DNA of 64,000 nucleotides from Eledone cirrhosa (Eukaryota): NCBI GenBank assembly GCA_964016885.1, contig OZ024740.1, positions 217,310,001 to 217,374,000 of the forward strand, read 5' to 3'. Shown piece by piece: positions 12,721 to 25,562 of this stretch (position 1 is its first letter; each line of letters starts with the position of its first letter). The notes under the pieces were generated by a model. It saw only the letters and a program-made list of their open reading frames with translations, ran no database searches and was not told where the DNA came from. The position numbers and the translations under genes were made by a program.

Positions 12721-12735
12721 ACTGGATACTACTAA
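12721..12735 (+). CDS. Gene A exon 3 coding part (TGYY-stop)
   Basis: Acceptor TTTCATTACAG ending at 12720, phase 0 matches the donor, AATAAA downstream, identical in copy B. Confidence 0.7.
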   Translation, partial: TGYY

Positions 12736-12847
12736 AGAACACAACAGGCTGCTTTCTGATTCGGGATAATTATGTTTCTGAATAATAATTGCAATTTTTG
12801 TGAATAATAATTGTAAATTTTGTAAATAATAATTTAAATATTTTTTT

Positions 12848-12858
12848 AATAAAATAAA
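12848..12858 (+). terminator. Polyadenylation signals of gene A
   Basis: Overlapping AATAAA hexamers followed by a T-rich downstream tract. Confidence 0.6.
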
Positions 12859-12921
12859 CAAACATACAACAACAATTTATTGTTTTTCTAGATTCTTCTT
12901 CTTGTTCTTCTTATTATTATT

Positions 12922-14474
12922 GGTCTAATCGGACGACTTTTTGCTCGCTTCTGTAAGTCTCCTTATTTACCTGCCATAATTATTTATTGTTAAATTTTTG
13001 TTGTTGTGTAAAGGATATAAGCCCTTGGACTTTGCCCTGTCAAGGGAAAAGTACAATATTTGGGCCTTTTGGCCCAAATATTCGAACCTTTTACATTTAA
13101 AAATTATCGAAAAAAAAACATGGCTGAGCCATGCGCCCAGCGATATGTCTGCTGACGTGCGACAACGACGCAAAAGTTGAGAGGAGTGTTACGGCGAACA
13201 CAGAAATTGATACAACAAACACCACCACAAACAACGTGAACACAGACAGCAATGATAACAAGATTGAGAACACTAATTTTGAAAAAAATGAACACACCAA
13301 CCACAACAGTAACAGCGACAACCAAAATACAGACAACAGAAAAAATGACAACAAATGCAACAAGATTAACACCACTAAGATGAAAACAAATAGCGACAAC
13401 ACCAACAGCAATGATACAAATTGTACCGAGAACAACAACAACAACGGCAGCAGCAAAGACACAACCAACTGCAACAGTGATAACAGCAACAACACCAACA
13501 ACATCATTTGTAGCAACAGCAACAGCACAAACAACAAGACCAGTAGCAGCAGTAGTGGCGGCAACAATGATGCCAATGAAAAAGGGACCATCTCTTTTGC
13601 AAAGGTGGCTCGCAACGTAGAAACGGTCCTGGTCACAGAGGAGGAGATGGCGTTCGCAAGACACATGGTAACCAGAACTGAATTTTCAGTGTCCTTGATA
13701 CCACCAACCGACTTCCTGGGGGAACAAGAGCGACGCACAGTGTCATACCGCACGATTGCCACGAAATCGTGTCGTGTGGATAGAGTCTCGGAGGCCCAAA
13801 TCCAGAAGGCCTTGGGAAATGTGTGGTCGCGGAAAACCCACATCACCCGAGGCAAGAAATATGCTACTGTGGACCTTCTATTTGGTACCACCAAGGAAGA
13901 AAAATCAACCTACGAAGTGATGACATAATGTTAGTCCCGTTTTACTGCGGGAAAAAAATTGCAACGGTCAGGGTAGCCCAGGTTCCGCCCTACGTACCCG
14001 TGTCTTGGCTGGTTGTTACTGTTCTTGCAGGTACATAAGTTGGGGAGAGAGGACTGGTCAGGTATTGGAATGGAGATGCTCATGCCAACCGACCAGGATT
14101 GCATCAGCGCTATTCCCGATGTTAAAGACCTCTGGAATGGCTCCCAACTTCTCATATCAGTAGAAGGCAGGTGCCCAAAGTGCTTCAACTATGGATCGAA
14201 GTCTCACCTGAGGAGTGGAAAACGGTTGTCAAAAAACAACAAAAAAAAACAAACGCAAAAACACCACAGCTTCTCCCTCCAAAAGCGAAAGCAAAGAAAG
14301 AGGGGTAAAGGCTGTCAGGAGACTTGAAGCAACACCACCACCATCACCACCACATGCATCACCACCAACAACAACAACCACACCACCACCAACATCACCA
14401 CAAACAGCAACATCGCAAACACAACAAAGCACACACACCCAACAGCAACAAAACCACGCCTCCCCCAAACTGCC
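12922..14474 (+). mobile_element. L1/Tx1-like LINE 5' UTR and degraded ORF1
   Basis: ORF 13131-13928 and following pieces are homologous to ORF1 at 59007 (ISFAKVA, HITRGKKYATVD, CPKCFxxGSKSHL). Starts right after TTATTATTATT. Confidence 0.85.
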
Positions 14475-14905
14475 CAAACGGGATTCCTCCAATAGATCTT
14501 CGGAGTAACGTTACTCGATAGAGTGCATAGCTTGGAGATCAGAGCTTCACTCCAGGCAGAGCCGCTACTTCTCCTAATTTATCACAGCTCTGATACTATG
14601 GGCATGTGGTTACAATGTCTCAAGGAAGAATCGCTGGACAGATTTTACGAAAAAAAATCAACCGGCAGTAGACCCAAGCAAGATAGTTGGATAACATCCA
14701 AGAGCTTGGCTGGTCTCGCTTGGAGATCCAGCCGGATCAGTTGGAAACGGTTGCTTCCAACAGCACCCGCTGGAATGAGTGTTTGAGGACTCAGCCCCCA
14801 CTATCCTCTTTCTTGATACTTGTACATTATTCTATGTATTAAACATGCACCTTTGATGAGTTGTGGTACACCTGAGCACTGTACACAATAATTTCATTAT
14901 TATTT
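14475..14905 (+). mobile_element. RTE-clade LINE 3' fragment
   Basis: Translates to GVTLLDRVHSLEIRASLQAEPLLL...YYGHVV...LDNIQELGWSRL; ends in an ATTATTATT tail. Confidence 0.7.
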
Positions 14906-15308
14906 TAATATTACATTCCTAACAATTTCACGTTCGAAACCCCCTTCAGGGGTGTCCGACCCTTAAAAATCAACAAAGGTGATACCTGTGATAGTGCAGT
15001 TTGAGAGGATCTTGTGTGTGAACTTGCTGAAAGTAACGGGCATGTTTTGATCTTGTTAGATCTCATCAGCGAAGAATATTCACTTTGCAACTTGGCCTAA
15101 TAAAGATATGGGTAAAGAGTAATATTTTGGTTAGCCAATGAAGAAGATTCTACGTGGTCTTTAAACAACTAGAAATAGCAGCTAAATTTCCTTCAATTCT
15201 CATGCTACTGTCGTAAAAAAAGACATTATATAAGGTAGTTTTAAACACACTACTCCGCTAGGAATACCTGTGAATATCGGTCTGTTGGACCAGAGGTTGT
15301 CTTAGAGC

Positions 15309-15311
<3 letters not shown>

Positions 15312-15363
<52 letters not shown>

Positions 15364-15378
15364 CTACAACAACTAAAA

Positions 15379-15455
<77 letters not shown>

Positions 15456-15466
15456 ACTACTGCTGC

Positions 15467-15519
<53 letters not shown>

Positions 15520-15568
15520 CTACTACTACTATACTACTACTACTACTGCTGTTGCTGCTGCTGCTACA

Positions 15569-15615
<47 letters not shown>

Positions 15616-15626
15616 AACTACCACTA

Positions 15627-15661
<35 letters not shown>

Positions 15662-15730
15662 ACAACAACAACAACAACTACTACTACTACTACTACCACC
15701 ATCACCACCACAGCCACCACTATCACCACT
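15312..15730. repeat. Compound trinucleotide microsatellite (CAA/CTA/CTG/CCA)n
   Basis: Read directly from the sequence. Confidence 0.95.
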
Positions 15731-16379
15731 GTTGGTTTGAGAGCAGAGGAAATCTCATAAGGACCTGCAGAACCCTACTTTAGATAAGACTTAAATATAA
15801 CTCCTCAAGATTAGGGAATGGAAATACCTTTTAAATGTCGCTTTTAATAATTCTTATTTGTTAAAAGGAAGTTTCGGTAACAAGGTCATTAAATATCCAT
15901 TTATCAGAATTCGTACATTGCTTAATTAGACCTGGATAACTAGTAGAATGTAATTTCTATTTTATCATTTATACTCCTCTGCTAACCAGTAAATTTCAAA
16001 ATGGTGTCACAATGATTTGCTAACAAACAGCTTTGCAGCCATACCAAATATAAATTGACAGACTTATACAGACTGTTCGTCTCGCTGATGAGTGAACAAT
16101 TGCATGAAACTGGAGCCATACAACTCCGAGAAGAAACGGTAATATATTATAGAAATCAAACTTTTACGCATCAATGCTCACACACACACACACACACACG
16201 CACAAACCTCACACAGGTATACATACTTACACGTATATTCTGTGCCTAAATATTTTTTTGCTGTTCATCAAAACATACACACAGGCACGCTTATCCCAAT
16301 AACAGCATTGTACATTCACTGTTTCATAGACACATTGGCTTTTCACGGTGTCACTTCTACCGCCACATGAACTATGTGT

Positions 16380-16969
16380 CTTTAGGTAATGGTAGAAGTC
16401 AAAGTTCGTTTACTGAACACACTTGTGTGGTCAATGCTTCTTTACGGCTGCGAATGGTGGACTTTCACGAATCAGACCCAGAGATAACTCGAGTCTACTG
16501 AGATCTATTTCTATCGCAGAATAATCAGGCCCTCGTACGTCGACTGGATAAATAATTGTTTCTACTTTTGGCACAAGGCCAGCAATTATCCAGTACATTA
16601 CTGGTACTTTATTGACCCCGTAAGGCGGAAAGGCAAAGTTAACTTCGGCTGGATTTGAACTCAGAATGGATAAATAATGAAGAGATTTTGAAGTCAGTGC
16701 GGACGGAACGTGAGATACTGCTCACTATTAAAAAGAGACAACTAATGTTCCTCGGACATGTCATCAGGAAAGGCATGATGGAAAACTTTTCCACTAGCGG
16801 AAACATTCCTGGGTAGTGTGCCAGAGGTCGTCAAAGGAGGTCGTTTTGTGACAATTTCAACATCAAAGCCACAGAAGTAAGGGATCTCGCCCGAGATCGA
16901 ACACCTTGGAATGCCATTATTGGTCAAACACTGAAACAGTGATGGCACAAGAAGAAGAAGAAGAAGAAG
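16380..16969 (+). mobile_element. RTE-clade LINE 3' fragment with (GAA)n tail, interrupted by a SINE
   Basis: VWSMLLYGCEWWT...FYRRI...INNEEIL...KRQLMFLGHVIRK; tail GAAGAAGAAG at ~16950. Confidence 0.75.
16557..16666 (-). mobile_element. SINE insertion with 12-bp TSD
   Basis: TGGATAAATAAT at 16545-16556 and 16667-16678. Confidence 0.88.
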
Positions 16970-17128
16970 TTCCTATCACTTCTATCGCTACATGAACGAT
17001 CTATCTTTTTGTAGTTGTAGAACACCCAGTCGCTTCTATCGCTAGATGAACGACCTATATTTATGTACTGGTAGAAGTCCCTATCACTTCTATCGCTACA
17101 TGAACGATGTATCTTTACTGGTAGAAGT
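16966..17128. repeat. Minisatellite, ~54 bp x3
   Basis: CTTCTATCGCTA(C/G)ATGAACGA recurs three times at regular spacing. Confidence 0.8.
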
Positions 17129-17548
17129 GACAACATCCATATGAATACCATTTGTCTCTTACTTCTTTTGATATGCTTCATGTTCAACAGAAACTTATGA
17201 CAAATAACTGAATCATAATTTACAGCAGTGTCAAATAATATTTAAAAGAACATTTATTTCTAGAAGACAATTCGAGATGAAATTTATAACCAGAGATTTT
17301 CTTAGAGTTTCGAGTGTTCGAGTGACATTTTAATATTTCATAAGAGTTTCTGAGAAAATCTACAAGAATTTTTTTCGAAACCTAACTAAAGAGATTACCC
17401 TTTAGTCATTAAAATTTACATTGACAATCTCTCTCTCTTTCTCTACCTGCCTCACTCTCTCTTTATCTCTCTCTTTCAATCTCTGTCTCTCAGTTCAATA
17501 TATATATATATATATGCGCGCGTCTGTGTATTAGTAGAGTGTAAACAT

Positions 17549-17600
<52 letters not shown>

Positions 17601-17974
17601 AGGGAGTGTAACTTGGAGTTACTGTAGGTTCACCCGGGTGAGCACTCAATGTTGAGGTTCACTTCAGTGTCGAAGTGTAGAGCTTGACACAGTGTACTAT
17701 AGTGAAATAGATTTTAGTTACTATGGAGAATTTTATAAAAATAACAAAATAAGATGCTGAGGTTACGTATATCGTTTAATCATTATACTTATTTCCACTG
17801 TTCACCATGCAATCGAGATGCCCTTCATGCATTTGCTGTTGCTATGAGAACAGTATCCTCAGATGAATAACCGATATGTTTGATATGTCGCTTGCAGGTA
17901 AAACACACGTCCTATTGCTCGTGCGCCTAGCAGACATATGAGTTCCTTGAAGGGTTTGCCAGCGGTCGTGTTTG

Positions 17975-18016
<42 letters not shown>

Positions 18017-18048
18017 TATGCGCGCGTGAGCGTATTAATAGAGTGTAA

Positions 18049-18188
18049 ATATCAAGATTAATATAGAAATGGCTTCTACAGGACTAGAACTGTTTCAATC
18101 AGAAGAAATCATCAGGCTTTATTGAGGATTCAATTTGAATTCAACAGTTCTATTCCTGTAGAAGCCATTTCTATATTAAGCTTGATAT
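18049..18188. repeat. Inverted repeat (~46 bp arms) with a degenerate hammerhead-like core
   Basis: Arms ATATCAAG..GGCTTCTACAGGACTAGAACTGTT / AACAGTTCTATTCCTGTAGAAGCC..CTTGATAT. Minus strand has CTGATGA...GAAA but poor stems. Confidence 0.65.
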
Positions 18189-18248
18189 ACGTATATATAT
18201 ATATATGCAATATATTAATAAATGGAAACTATATTTATAAAACCATAG

Positions 18249-18315
18249 TTATTTTATTATATATATTTCAAGGGCAACCAAGGTAAATTTTGGTGCGCTT
18301 TCATCAGATAAAATA
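18249..18315 (-). ncRNA. Type I hammerhead ribozyme (PLE pLTR relic)
   Basis: Reverse complement: TATTTTAT-CTGATGA-AAGCGCACCAA...TTGGTTGCCCTT-GAAA-TATATA-TA-ATAAAATA. Confidence 0.75.
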
Positions 18316-18579
18316 CAAAATTTGTTTTATAAATGTTGACATACCCGTAGAAAACAACCTTGACGGTTGAAGGTTCTCTGGATAGTGGAATTTTTTATTT
18401 ATTTAGGGCAATTCAAAGTTATGTGTGAGTATGCAAATGAATGTCAGAAAGATTTAAAAAAACAACGGTTTATTTAAATTATACTGTTGGAAAAAGAGTT
18501 AGAAAAAACAGAGAAAAAGAGAAAGGGAGAAAAAAAAAGAAGAAAAAAGTAAATATAGTTTCCATTTATTAATATATTG

Positions 18580-18750
18580 TTTCTACTTTAGGCACAAGGC
18601 CAGCAATTATTCAGTACATTACTGGTACTTTATTTTATCGACCCCCTAAGGATGAAAGGCAAAGTTAACCTCGGCGGGATTTGAACTCAGACTGTAAAGG
18701 GACGTAACTATGCTAGAAAGCATGGCGTCCGACCCTCTGCCAATTCACAG
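18580..18750 (-). mobile_element. Near full-length tRNA-derived SINE with 17-bp TSD
   Basis: CATTTATTAATATATTG at 18563-18579 and 18751-18767; A-box-like TGGCAGAGGG and B-box GAGTTCAAATCC. Confidence 0.88.
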
Positions 18751-18855
18751 CATTTATTAATATATTGAATATTTACTCCAGTAAACTGTTGAGTGCTTCA
18801 TATCAGTTATAAAACTTTTAAGCTTGTTGAATCCCAACAAATTAAATATAACATT

Positions 18856-18914
<59 letters not shown>

Positions 18915-18954
18915 GATATTAAATAAATGGAAACTATATTTATAAAACCATATC

Positions 18955-19020
18955 TATTTCATTATATATATTTCAGGGATATCATATTAACAATATGCTA
19001 TGCCTTCCTCAGACAAAATA
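18955..19020 (-). ncRNA. Type I hammerhead ribozyme
   Basis: Reverse complement: TATTTTGT-CTGAGGA-AGGCATAGCATATT GTT AATATGATATCCCT-GAAA-TATATA-TA-ATGAAATA. Confidence 0.72.
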
Positions 19021-19053
19021 CTAGTTGTAACCCAACAATTTAAATATAACTTT

Positions 19054-19092
<39 letters not shown>

Positions 19093-19256
19093 TAGGTAAA
19101 TATACACGGGTGTGTATGATTGTGTATAGAAGATTATATTAATAAGAGGAATTCCAACTTTGTCTGATTTACTCGTTTTATTTACAATCCTTTAAAATAT
19201 ATATAATGGTATTATAATGAAATAGTATGATAGAATATTAAATTCTAAGTGTTAAT

Positions 19257-19295
19257 TGAACAAGTACTTTCATGCTTTCGCAATCTTCAGGTTCA
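19257..19295 (-). ncRNA. Minimal (39 nt) hammerhead ribozyme
   Basis: Reverse complement: TGAAC-CTGAAGA-TTGC GAAA GCAT-GAAA-GTAC-TT-GTTCA. Perfect stem I, GNRA-capped stem II, palindromic stem III. Confidence 0.72.
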
Positions 19296-19328
19296 TGATA
19301 TGTGGTGACAGTCGAGTTTGCAATTTTC

Positions 19329-19331
<3 letters not shown>

Positions 19332-19399
<68 letters not shown>

Positions 19400-19405
19400 T
19401 ATATA

Positions 19406-19494
<89 letters not shown>
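19332..19494. repeat. (TA)n microsatellite
   Basis: Read directly from the sequence. Confidence 0.97.
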
Positions 19495-19498
<4 letters not shown>

Positions 19499-21825
19499 GT
19501 TAAACAAGGTTCAATGAATAAATCAAAGAATGAGTTTCACAATAGATTGGAAGCACTCAACAACAATCGTTTTCCGGAGTTATTAATCAGATTATGAAAC
19601 TTTAATAATGTTTTATTTTCTATTCATTTATGATAGAATTAATGTTAAACTAAAGGGTCTTGTTTAGGTATATAAACATATTGTTTGTTAACATGTTCTC
19701 TTGATGAATATGCACACCTTTGGATATTTTAGATATATATAATTTAGATTGGGATCCTTATATATGTGTTTTTGTTTTAAATATATAATTTGGATATATA
19801 ACTTATAAGATTACCGGTTATAATTGAACCGTAAATCATTCATGTATTTATATATTTTACTCATTTTGAGTATGTTTTAGGATTCAGAAAGTTAGATTTG
19901 TACATTTTTATTTTTTTATATATATTAATGTATAAATGTCACAAATGATACTAGTCGACAAATATTGGTGTTTCTTTCCACTGAACTGGATGTAAAACTA
20001 CAATTATAACATTATTAATAATTGTTTCTACAATAGGCACAAGGCCAGAAAATATCCCAGTGTATTACTGGTACTTTATTTTATCGACCCCCGTTAGGAT
20101 GAAAGGCAAAGTTAACCTCGATGGGATTTGAACTCAGAATGGCAAGGGCCTTGTAATTATTTATTTATTATATGTATATCGTTTAGGATTCAGAAAGTTA
20201 GATTTGTACATTTTTTATTTTCTTATATATATTTAGGTACAAATGTCACAAATGATACTAGTCGACACATATTGATCTTTCTTTCCACTGAACTGGATGT
20301 AAAACTACAATTATAACATTACTAATAAGGATTGTAATTATTTATTTATTATATGTATATCGTTTCACTAATACCTATAATACTCTCTCTATATATTTGA
20401 ACAAATCTGTTTATCTAGTATAATAACATGCTCCTAGTTACATTTATAAGTAATTTAGATACTCAAATGACTCTCTATTGTTATAATTGTTACATATTTT
20501 CTGAATGTTCTAAATTATATAACGATTATTACTTAATTTAATTTAATTTATTTTAATTAAATTCGGGTTACCTCCGGGTCATTGAAATCCTTAGCTCCTC
20601 TTTCTAACATCTTCGTGGACACTTTAGAAGTGTTGTTAGTCTACTATATAAATTAAAAAAATCTCTTGCATTTTTATGATCGCAAACAATTCATTATTTT
20701 TACCTTTTCACTTTTTATTTTGAATCTAGTCCTTATCCTTAGGATTCATGAAGTTTTGATTTGTATATTTATAGTATATATCTATTAAATGATCCTATTA
20801 TAATAATTGATCTAAAACATTAATTTTAACAATATTATCAGTAACTTATTTATTGTATTGTATTATGTTATGTCTAATTGAGAGGTATCATCTTAATCTT
20901 TAGACAATATAATCTTTGTGTATTTTTTTGATAAACGCATATATATAATTTAATAATCAAACTTTTTAAGTTTAATTATAAGGCCTGTTGATCCATTAGG
21001 CATTCAAATTGTTTATCTTAAAATTCTTTAAAGATTATAACTGTAATTATTTTCTAAATTATATAATGTAAACTATTTTCAATATAATATAAATAATTTA
21101 ATATTATACAATACATTTAGTAAAGTTTACCTTCGCGAGGATGTAAAAACATTATGTTTTCTTTCTCGCGTTTGTAAATCCTTTAAATCTTATTTCAGAA
21201 AATTTGATTTTATGAATTAAATATGATAGTATACTTTAATATTAATAGAGATATTTATTAACTTTTATAACCTAAAATATTATTCATTACTCTGAACTAA
21301 CTTAAATTAAATGATTTGAATGTTAGCGGTCAACCAGATATGTTTGGATATATATTGTATATATAGATAATTATCTATAGACTTGGTATTAACCTTCATA
21401 TGAATACACCCAATTATAATTAACATTTCGATTGATGAATACTTTTAGATAATTCAATAATTCAATGAATTGAGATTTTTTCTTTTTCCTAAAGCTAAGC
21501 CCAAATGTTGTTCTAATTAATATCTCCCTATATATTACACTATAAAAATTATTCCTCTTTATCTCTCTGTAATCAACTCTCTTTTTCTTTCTAAGCTCTT
21601 ACTAGCTATATTATCCCCTCATCTGTTTCTTTCTCTATGCCCTTCTTTTCTTTCCTCTTTCTTCAGTAATTTAAATTATTTGAATCTCTAACAGTTATAT
21701 TGCTGCTATATATGTTTTAAGCTTTCTCAAACGCACCCTCTCTATTATATGTATTATATGTAGGTTTTATTCATGTTTCAATATTAAGGTATATAAATAT
21801 TGTGTGTTGTCATATATTACTCACC
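19495..21825 (+). mobile_element. AT-rich non-autonomous PLE-like element (same family as 3998-4885)
   Basis: Starts with an inverted copy of the pLTR end. Its 3' part matches ~4015-4620. Internal ~140 bp duplication around a SINE. Confidence 0.55.
20022..20138 (-). mobile_element. tRNA-derived SINE fragment
   Basis: Same core and tail as the copies at 7161 and 18580. Confidence 0.8.
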
Positions 21826-23575
21826 GACCAGGTCCATACTCGATAACCTTCACCTCATTTGATACATCATAGAGAGGCTAGGGTGTAAACTGGCTTCGGT
21901 GAGGCTTTGATCAATTTAGATCAATCAAAGGCCTTTGATAGGGTCGACTATCAATACCTGGAAGCGGTTCTCAAGGCAGCCGGTTTCAGCCCAGTCTTCA
22001 GAGGCTGGATCGCTGCTACGCACAGCAACATCTGCTCGGCAGTCAAGGTGAATGGCTACCTATCGGAGCCATTCCAAATCATGCGTTCCATCCGTCAAGG
22101 ATGTCCTTTCTCTTCCATTCTGTATGTACTGACTCTCGAGCCACTACTGCGGAAGTTGGAGCTATTGCATGGCATCCTGATGTAACTAGGACTGCGAAAA
22201 GCAGCGTCAAGAGATGACCGTAATTGTGTCGAAAACCTCGGAAATCGAGGTAATCGTCAACAGGAATACAAAACGTTCACAGGAGCAAGACTAAACCCAA
22301 ACAAGTATCTCAGTTTGCAACTCGGTACATGGATAGGCAAACCATGCCGTCAGAAAACGTCGTTGGATGCTGACGAAAATTGGAACGAGTGGGCTGAGTG
22401 CAAACTGTAGTAAAAAGTTCGGGCGGGGGTGGCCAACACTTACATAGCATCTATCATCTACTACCGCTTGACAGTCGTGCCTTGCCCCCGCGAACACCTC
22501 ACCAAAATGGAACGCATACTCTTCAAGTTTCTCTGGAAGAATCAGGCTCCATTGGTGAGGAGATCCATCTGCTGTCAACGACCTTCTAACAGAGGGCAGA
22601 GCATGCCGTAGCTGATGATGCGCTAACACGCGCTGAGGCTACGCCATCTCCAGGTATTCCTGATCGGTGTGGCTGTCGTTTGTGAGATCAGCTCTTCCAC
22701 AACTCGTCTCACTAACAGAGCTAGAGTCCTGGGTCAAGCGAAGACCGAAAATGGGCGCCTGGCACCTCGAGTGCCTTCAGGCGTTCACAGCCCTCTACCA
22801 AGCGGAAACGGCAATCAGCGGAGACTCAACTTCGACATTCTATAGGGTATTAGTGGAGGATAAATCCGACGACGTTCTCGGGGAATTCTAGGCATCGAGG
22901 AGGACGAACTGACCAGTCTGTTCGGAAGGACTCTCCGTCCAGGGCCTATGGATAACTGCCAGAGGTCTCTGGCCTGGCAGTGCTACCGAGGAGCTCTACC
23001 AGTTCGAGACAAAATCTACAGGCTACGGACGCCCTGGCAGAGATCCTGCTAAAAGGGCCTGCCCAAGATGCAAGCAGGACATCGAAACCGTTCTGCTCGC
23101 AATTGTTCAGTGCCCAGGGGTGACCGACCTGTGGAATTATGTCGAACAGCTACTGTCACGTGTGGGACGCATCTAGTTGTCAGCCGAGTCGATTGTGAGG
23201 ATCAACCCGCCGCCTTCATTTAACAATGAAGGAGAGGCGATTTTGTTCTGTCTGGTGGCTATGGTGAAAGATGTAATATGGTGGACGAGGTTAAAAAGGA
23301 CTTATCTCCCTCCTTAAGTACCACTTCAGAAGGAAGGTGAGAGTGGAGAGAGAGGTGCTACACCCCAGTAAATTCACTGAAAGGTGGGTGAATGTGGCGG
23401 AAATGGCCCGAGGGAATGGGCCTTCTCTGTATATAAACCTGTAGGTTGAGGAAGATAAACAGAGGGAAGACGGGAACACGTACAAAACGTGCTCCTGGTG
23501 TTGAAGGTTGTTCTATCCACGCGGTGTAAAACAACCCCACACTAACGTTCCCCCTATTTCAATTGTTATTTTATT
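21826..23575 (+). mobile_element. L1/Tx1-like LINE ORF2 3' fragment, degraded
   Basis: LINLDQSKAFDRVD, RQGCP and YRLTVVPCP pieces homologous to 62800-64000; many stops. Confidence 0.88.
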
Positions 23576-23599
23576 ATATATAGTTTATTTACCTATAGT

Positions 23600-25550
23600 A
23601 ATGATTATCTAGATACATATGGCCTTAGCAACCTGTGCCCTACAAGACCAGCAAGAGGCAGACGACCTACCATTACTTCAATGGCCAAGAAAACCCACAC
23701 AGATAGATGGAACGGGTGGACCAGAGCCATACGGACCCCGAAAACCACGATGGACTAAAGAAAATGATTGCACATGCGGTGGGAGGCCTTAAGGAACATA
23801 TGTTCAAATTTAATGGAAAAACATATGCCGAAGAGGAGGGAGCAGCCATTGATGTTAGCATTGCAGGTGACATAGCTAACCTATTCATGGTATGGTGGGA
23901 CAATAAACCTAAACTTAAACTTAAAGAACAATTACAAGACAGCAACCCCTTAACCCTGATAATGTACTCCCGCTACATTGATGATATAAACATCGTAGTA
24001 AAAACACCCCCACTAGAGAACAGTCAGGAATTAGAGAAAAACACCACGGAAAGTATCCAGCAAATAGCTAACTCCATCCACCAGAGTATTAGAGTTACTA
24101 TAGACTACCCAAGCAAACACCCCAACCATCGATTACCTGTACTAGACACAGAGCTCTGGTTAGATACCATTAATAACAAAAAACAAATCCTCCATTCCCA
24201 TTATGCCAAACCCATGACTTCCAAATATCTGATCCACCGAAACTCAGCTGTTTCAGACCATACCAAAATCAACATTCTGATTGCGGATTTCGTACGAGTG
24301 ATGAGAAACGTGTCCCGCATGTGCAACCCCAAAGAACTAGAGAGACACATACAACACTTCATCCACCGTATGCAGTTCTCTGCTTACAATCAGAGAGATA
24401 AAATCAGAGTATATAGAGGAGCCAGAACCAAATGGAAAAATGGTAAATAATGACACAAATGGGACCTGCCCCTTGTATAGGAGCAAATTTTGGAATAGAA
24501 TAGAAAGAACTAGGAATAAGGTTAATAGAATAAACACATGGTATGATAGCAATAAATACCAGAGTGTAATTTTCATCGATACAACCCTAGAGGTGAATTA
24601 GCTTACAAATTTAGAAGGGCCCTAGATAAACATAAACTCAATATTAAGATAGTAGAAAGACCAGGTACCTCCGTAAAAACACTTATTAGCAATACATACC
24701 ATTTTCAAAGACCTCCCTGTATAGATAAGAAATGTATAATCTGTAAATTAAGCCTGCATATTAACTGTAAAAATAGAAATGTAGTATATAGCATAAGATG
24801 TACTGAAGGACAATGTAGAGATAAGAATATAGTGTACATAGGTGAGACAGCTCGTAGTATAGGGGAACGGATAAATGAACACTGGCGAGACCTTCAAGAT
24901 AGTAAAGAATCAGCTGTACTCTACCAACATGCTAAAATAGAACATAAGGGTAAATTAGAGAACAAAGAAATAAAAATAGAATCTACACACAGAAAAGACT
25001 CAATGTTTAGACAAATCACAGAGGCAATAAACATAAAAGAATTACAGCCAAAATTAAATAGAAAACATGAGTGGAACAGCAATATCACAACTTATAATTA
25101 AGGACAAAATGAAAACACACACGCACATAGAATAAACAACCAACCTGTAACATGTAAATAAACAAATAAATAAAGCAATATAAACGCACACAGACACCCG
25201 GATGTGGCGCATGCGCAGACTGAGCACACAACACACACACAGAAACAAGATGGCGTAGGACAGAACAAAGAAGAGGCACAAAAACAAAGAAAAGAATCCC
25301 CAGTCACTGAAGAGGTCACAGAATGTGTGACGAAAGAACTTTGACAATATATAAACAACCATCTGGTTGTGGAACCAACCAACCGGAAATTTATAAATTC
25401 CTAAATTTATAAATTTATTATAATAAATTGAAGTGAAAGCAACTGGTGCGTGTGTTTCTTATTGGCAACATGACCCTCCCAAAGTATAACAATATCGGTT
25501 TCAACACACGTTTTCAGATAAAGAATCTTGCTAAACAAATTCAGAAACGA
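23600..25550 (+). mobile_element. Penelope-like element, 5'-truncated (RT, GIY-YIG and pLTR)
   Basis: ORF 23707-24450 with YSRYIDD and LPVLD; ORF 24832-25101 with YIGETARSIGERINEH...EA...LN; frameshifts; hammerhead motif downstream. Confidence 0.88.
25303..25345 (+). ncRNA. Minimal hammerhead ribozyme in PLE 3' pLTR
   Basis: GTCA-CTGAAGA-GGTCACA GAATG TGTGAC-GAAA-GAAC-TT-TGAC. Confidence 0.72.
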
Positions 25551-25562
25551 AATATATATATA

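Larger units (their letters stand above)
7672..14210 (+). repeat. Segmental duplication copy A (promoter, gene and downstream Tx1 5' part)
   Basis: Highly similar to ~43120-49330, including introns and flanks. Confidence 0.92.

Noticed and set aside
13097-13894. Very hydrophobic antisense ORFs (also 48386-49000, 59249-59788, 60146-60787)
   Set aside because: Reverse complements of AAC/AGC/ACC-rich LINE ORF1 tracts, not membrane proteins.
15312-15740. Poly-L/poly-V/poly-Q ORFs
   Set aside because: Compound trinucleotide microsatellite without splice or start context.
16966-17128. Regularly spaced repeats resembling a CRISPR array
   Set aside because: The intervening sequences are similar to each other, there are no cas genes, and the context is eukaryotic; it is a minisatellite.
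17599-17976. GC-richer island between (TA)n runs, possibly a DNA transposon end
   Set aside because: No second TIR, TSD or convincing protein motif found.
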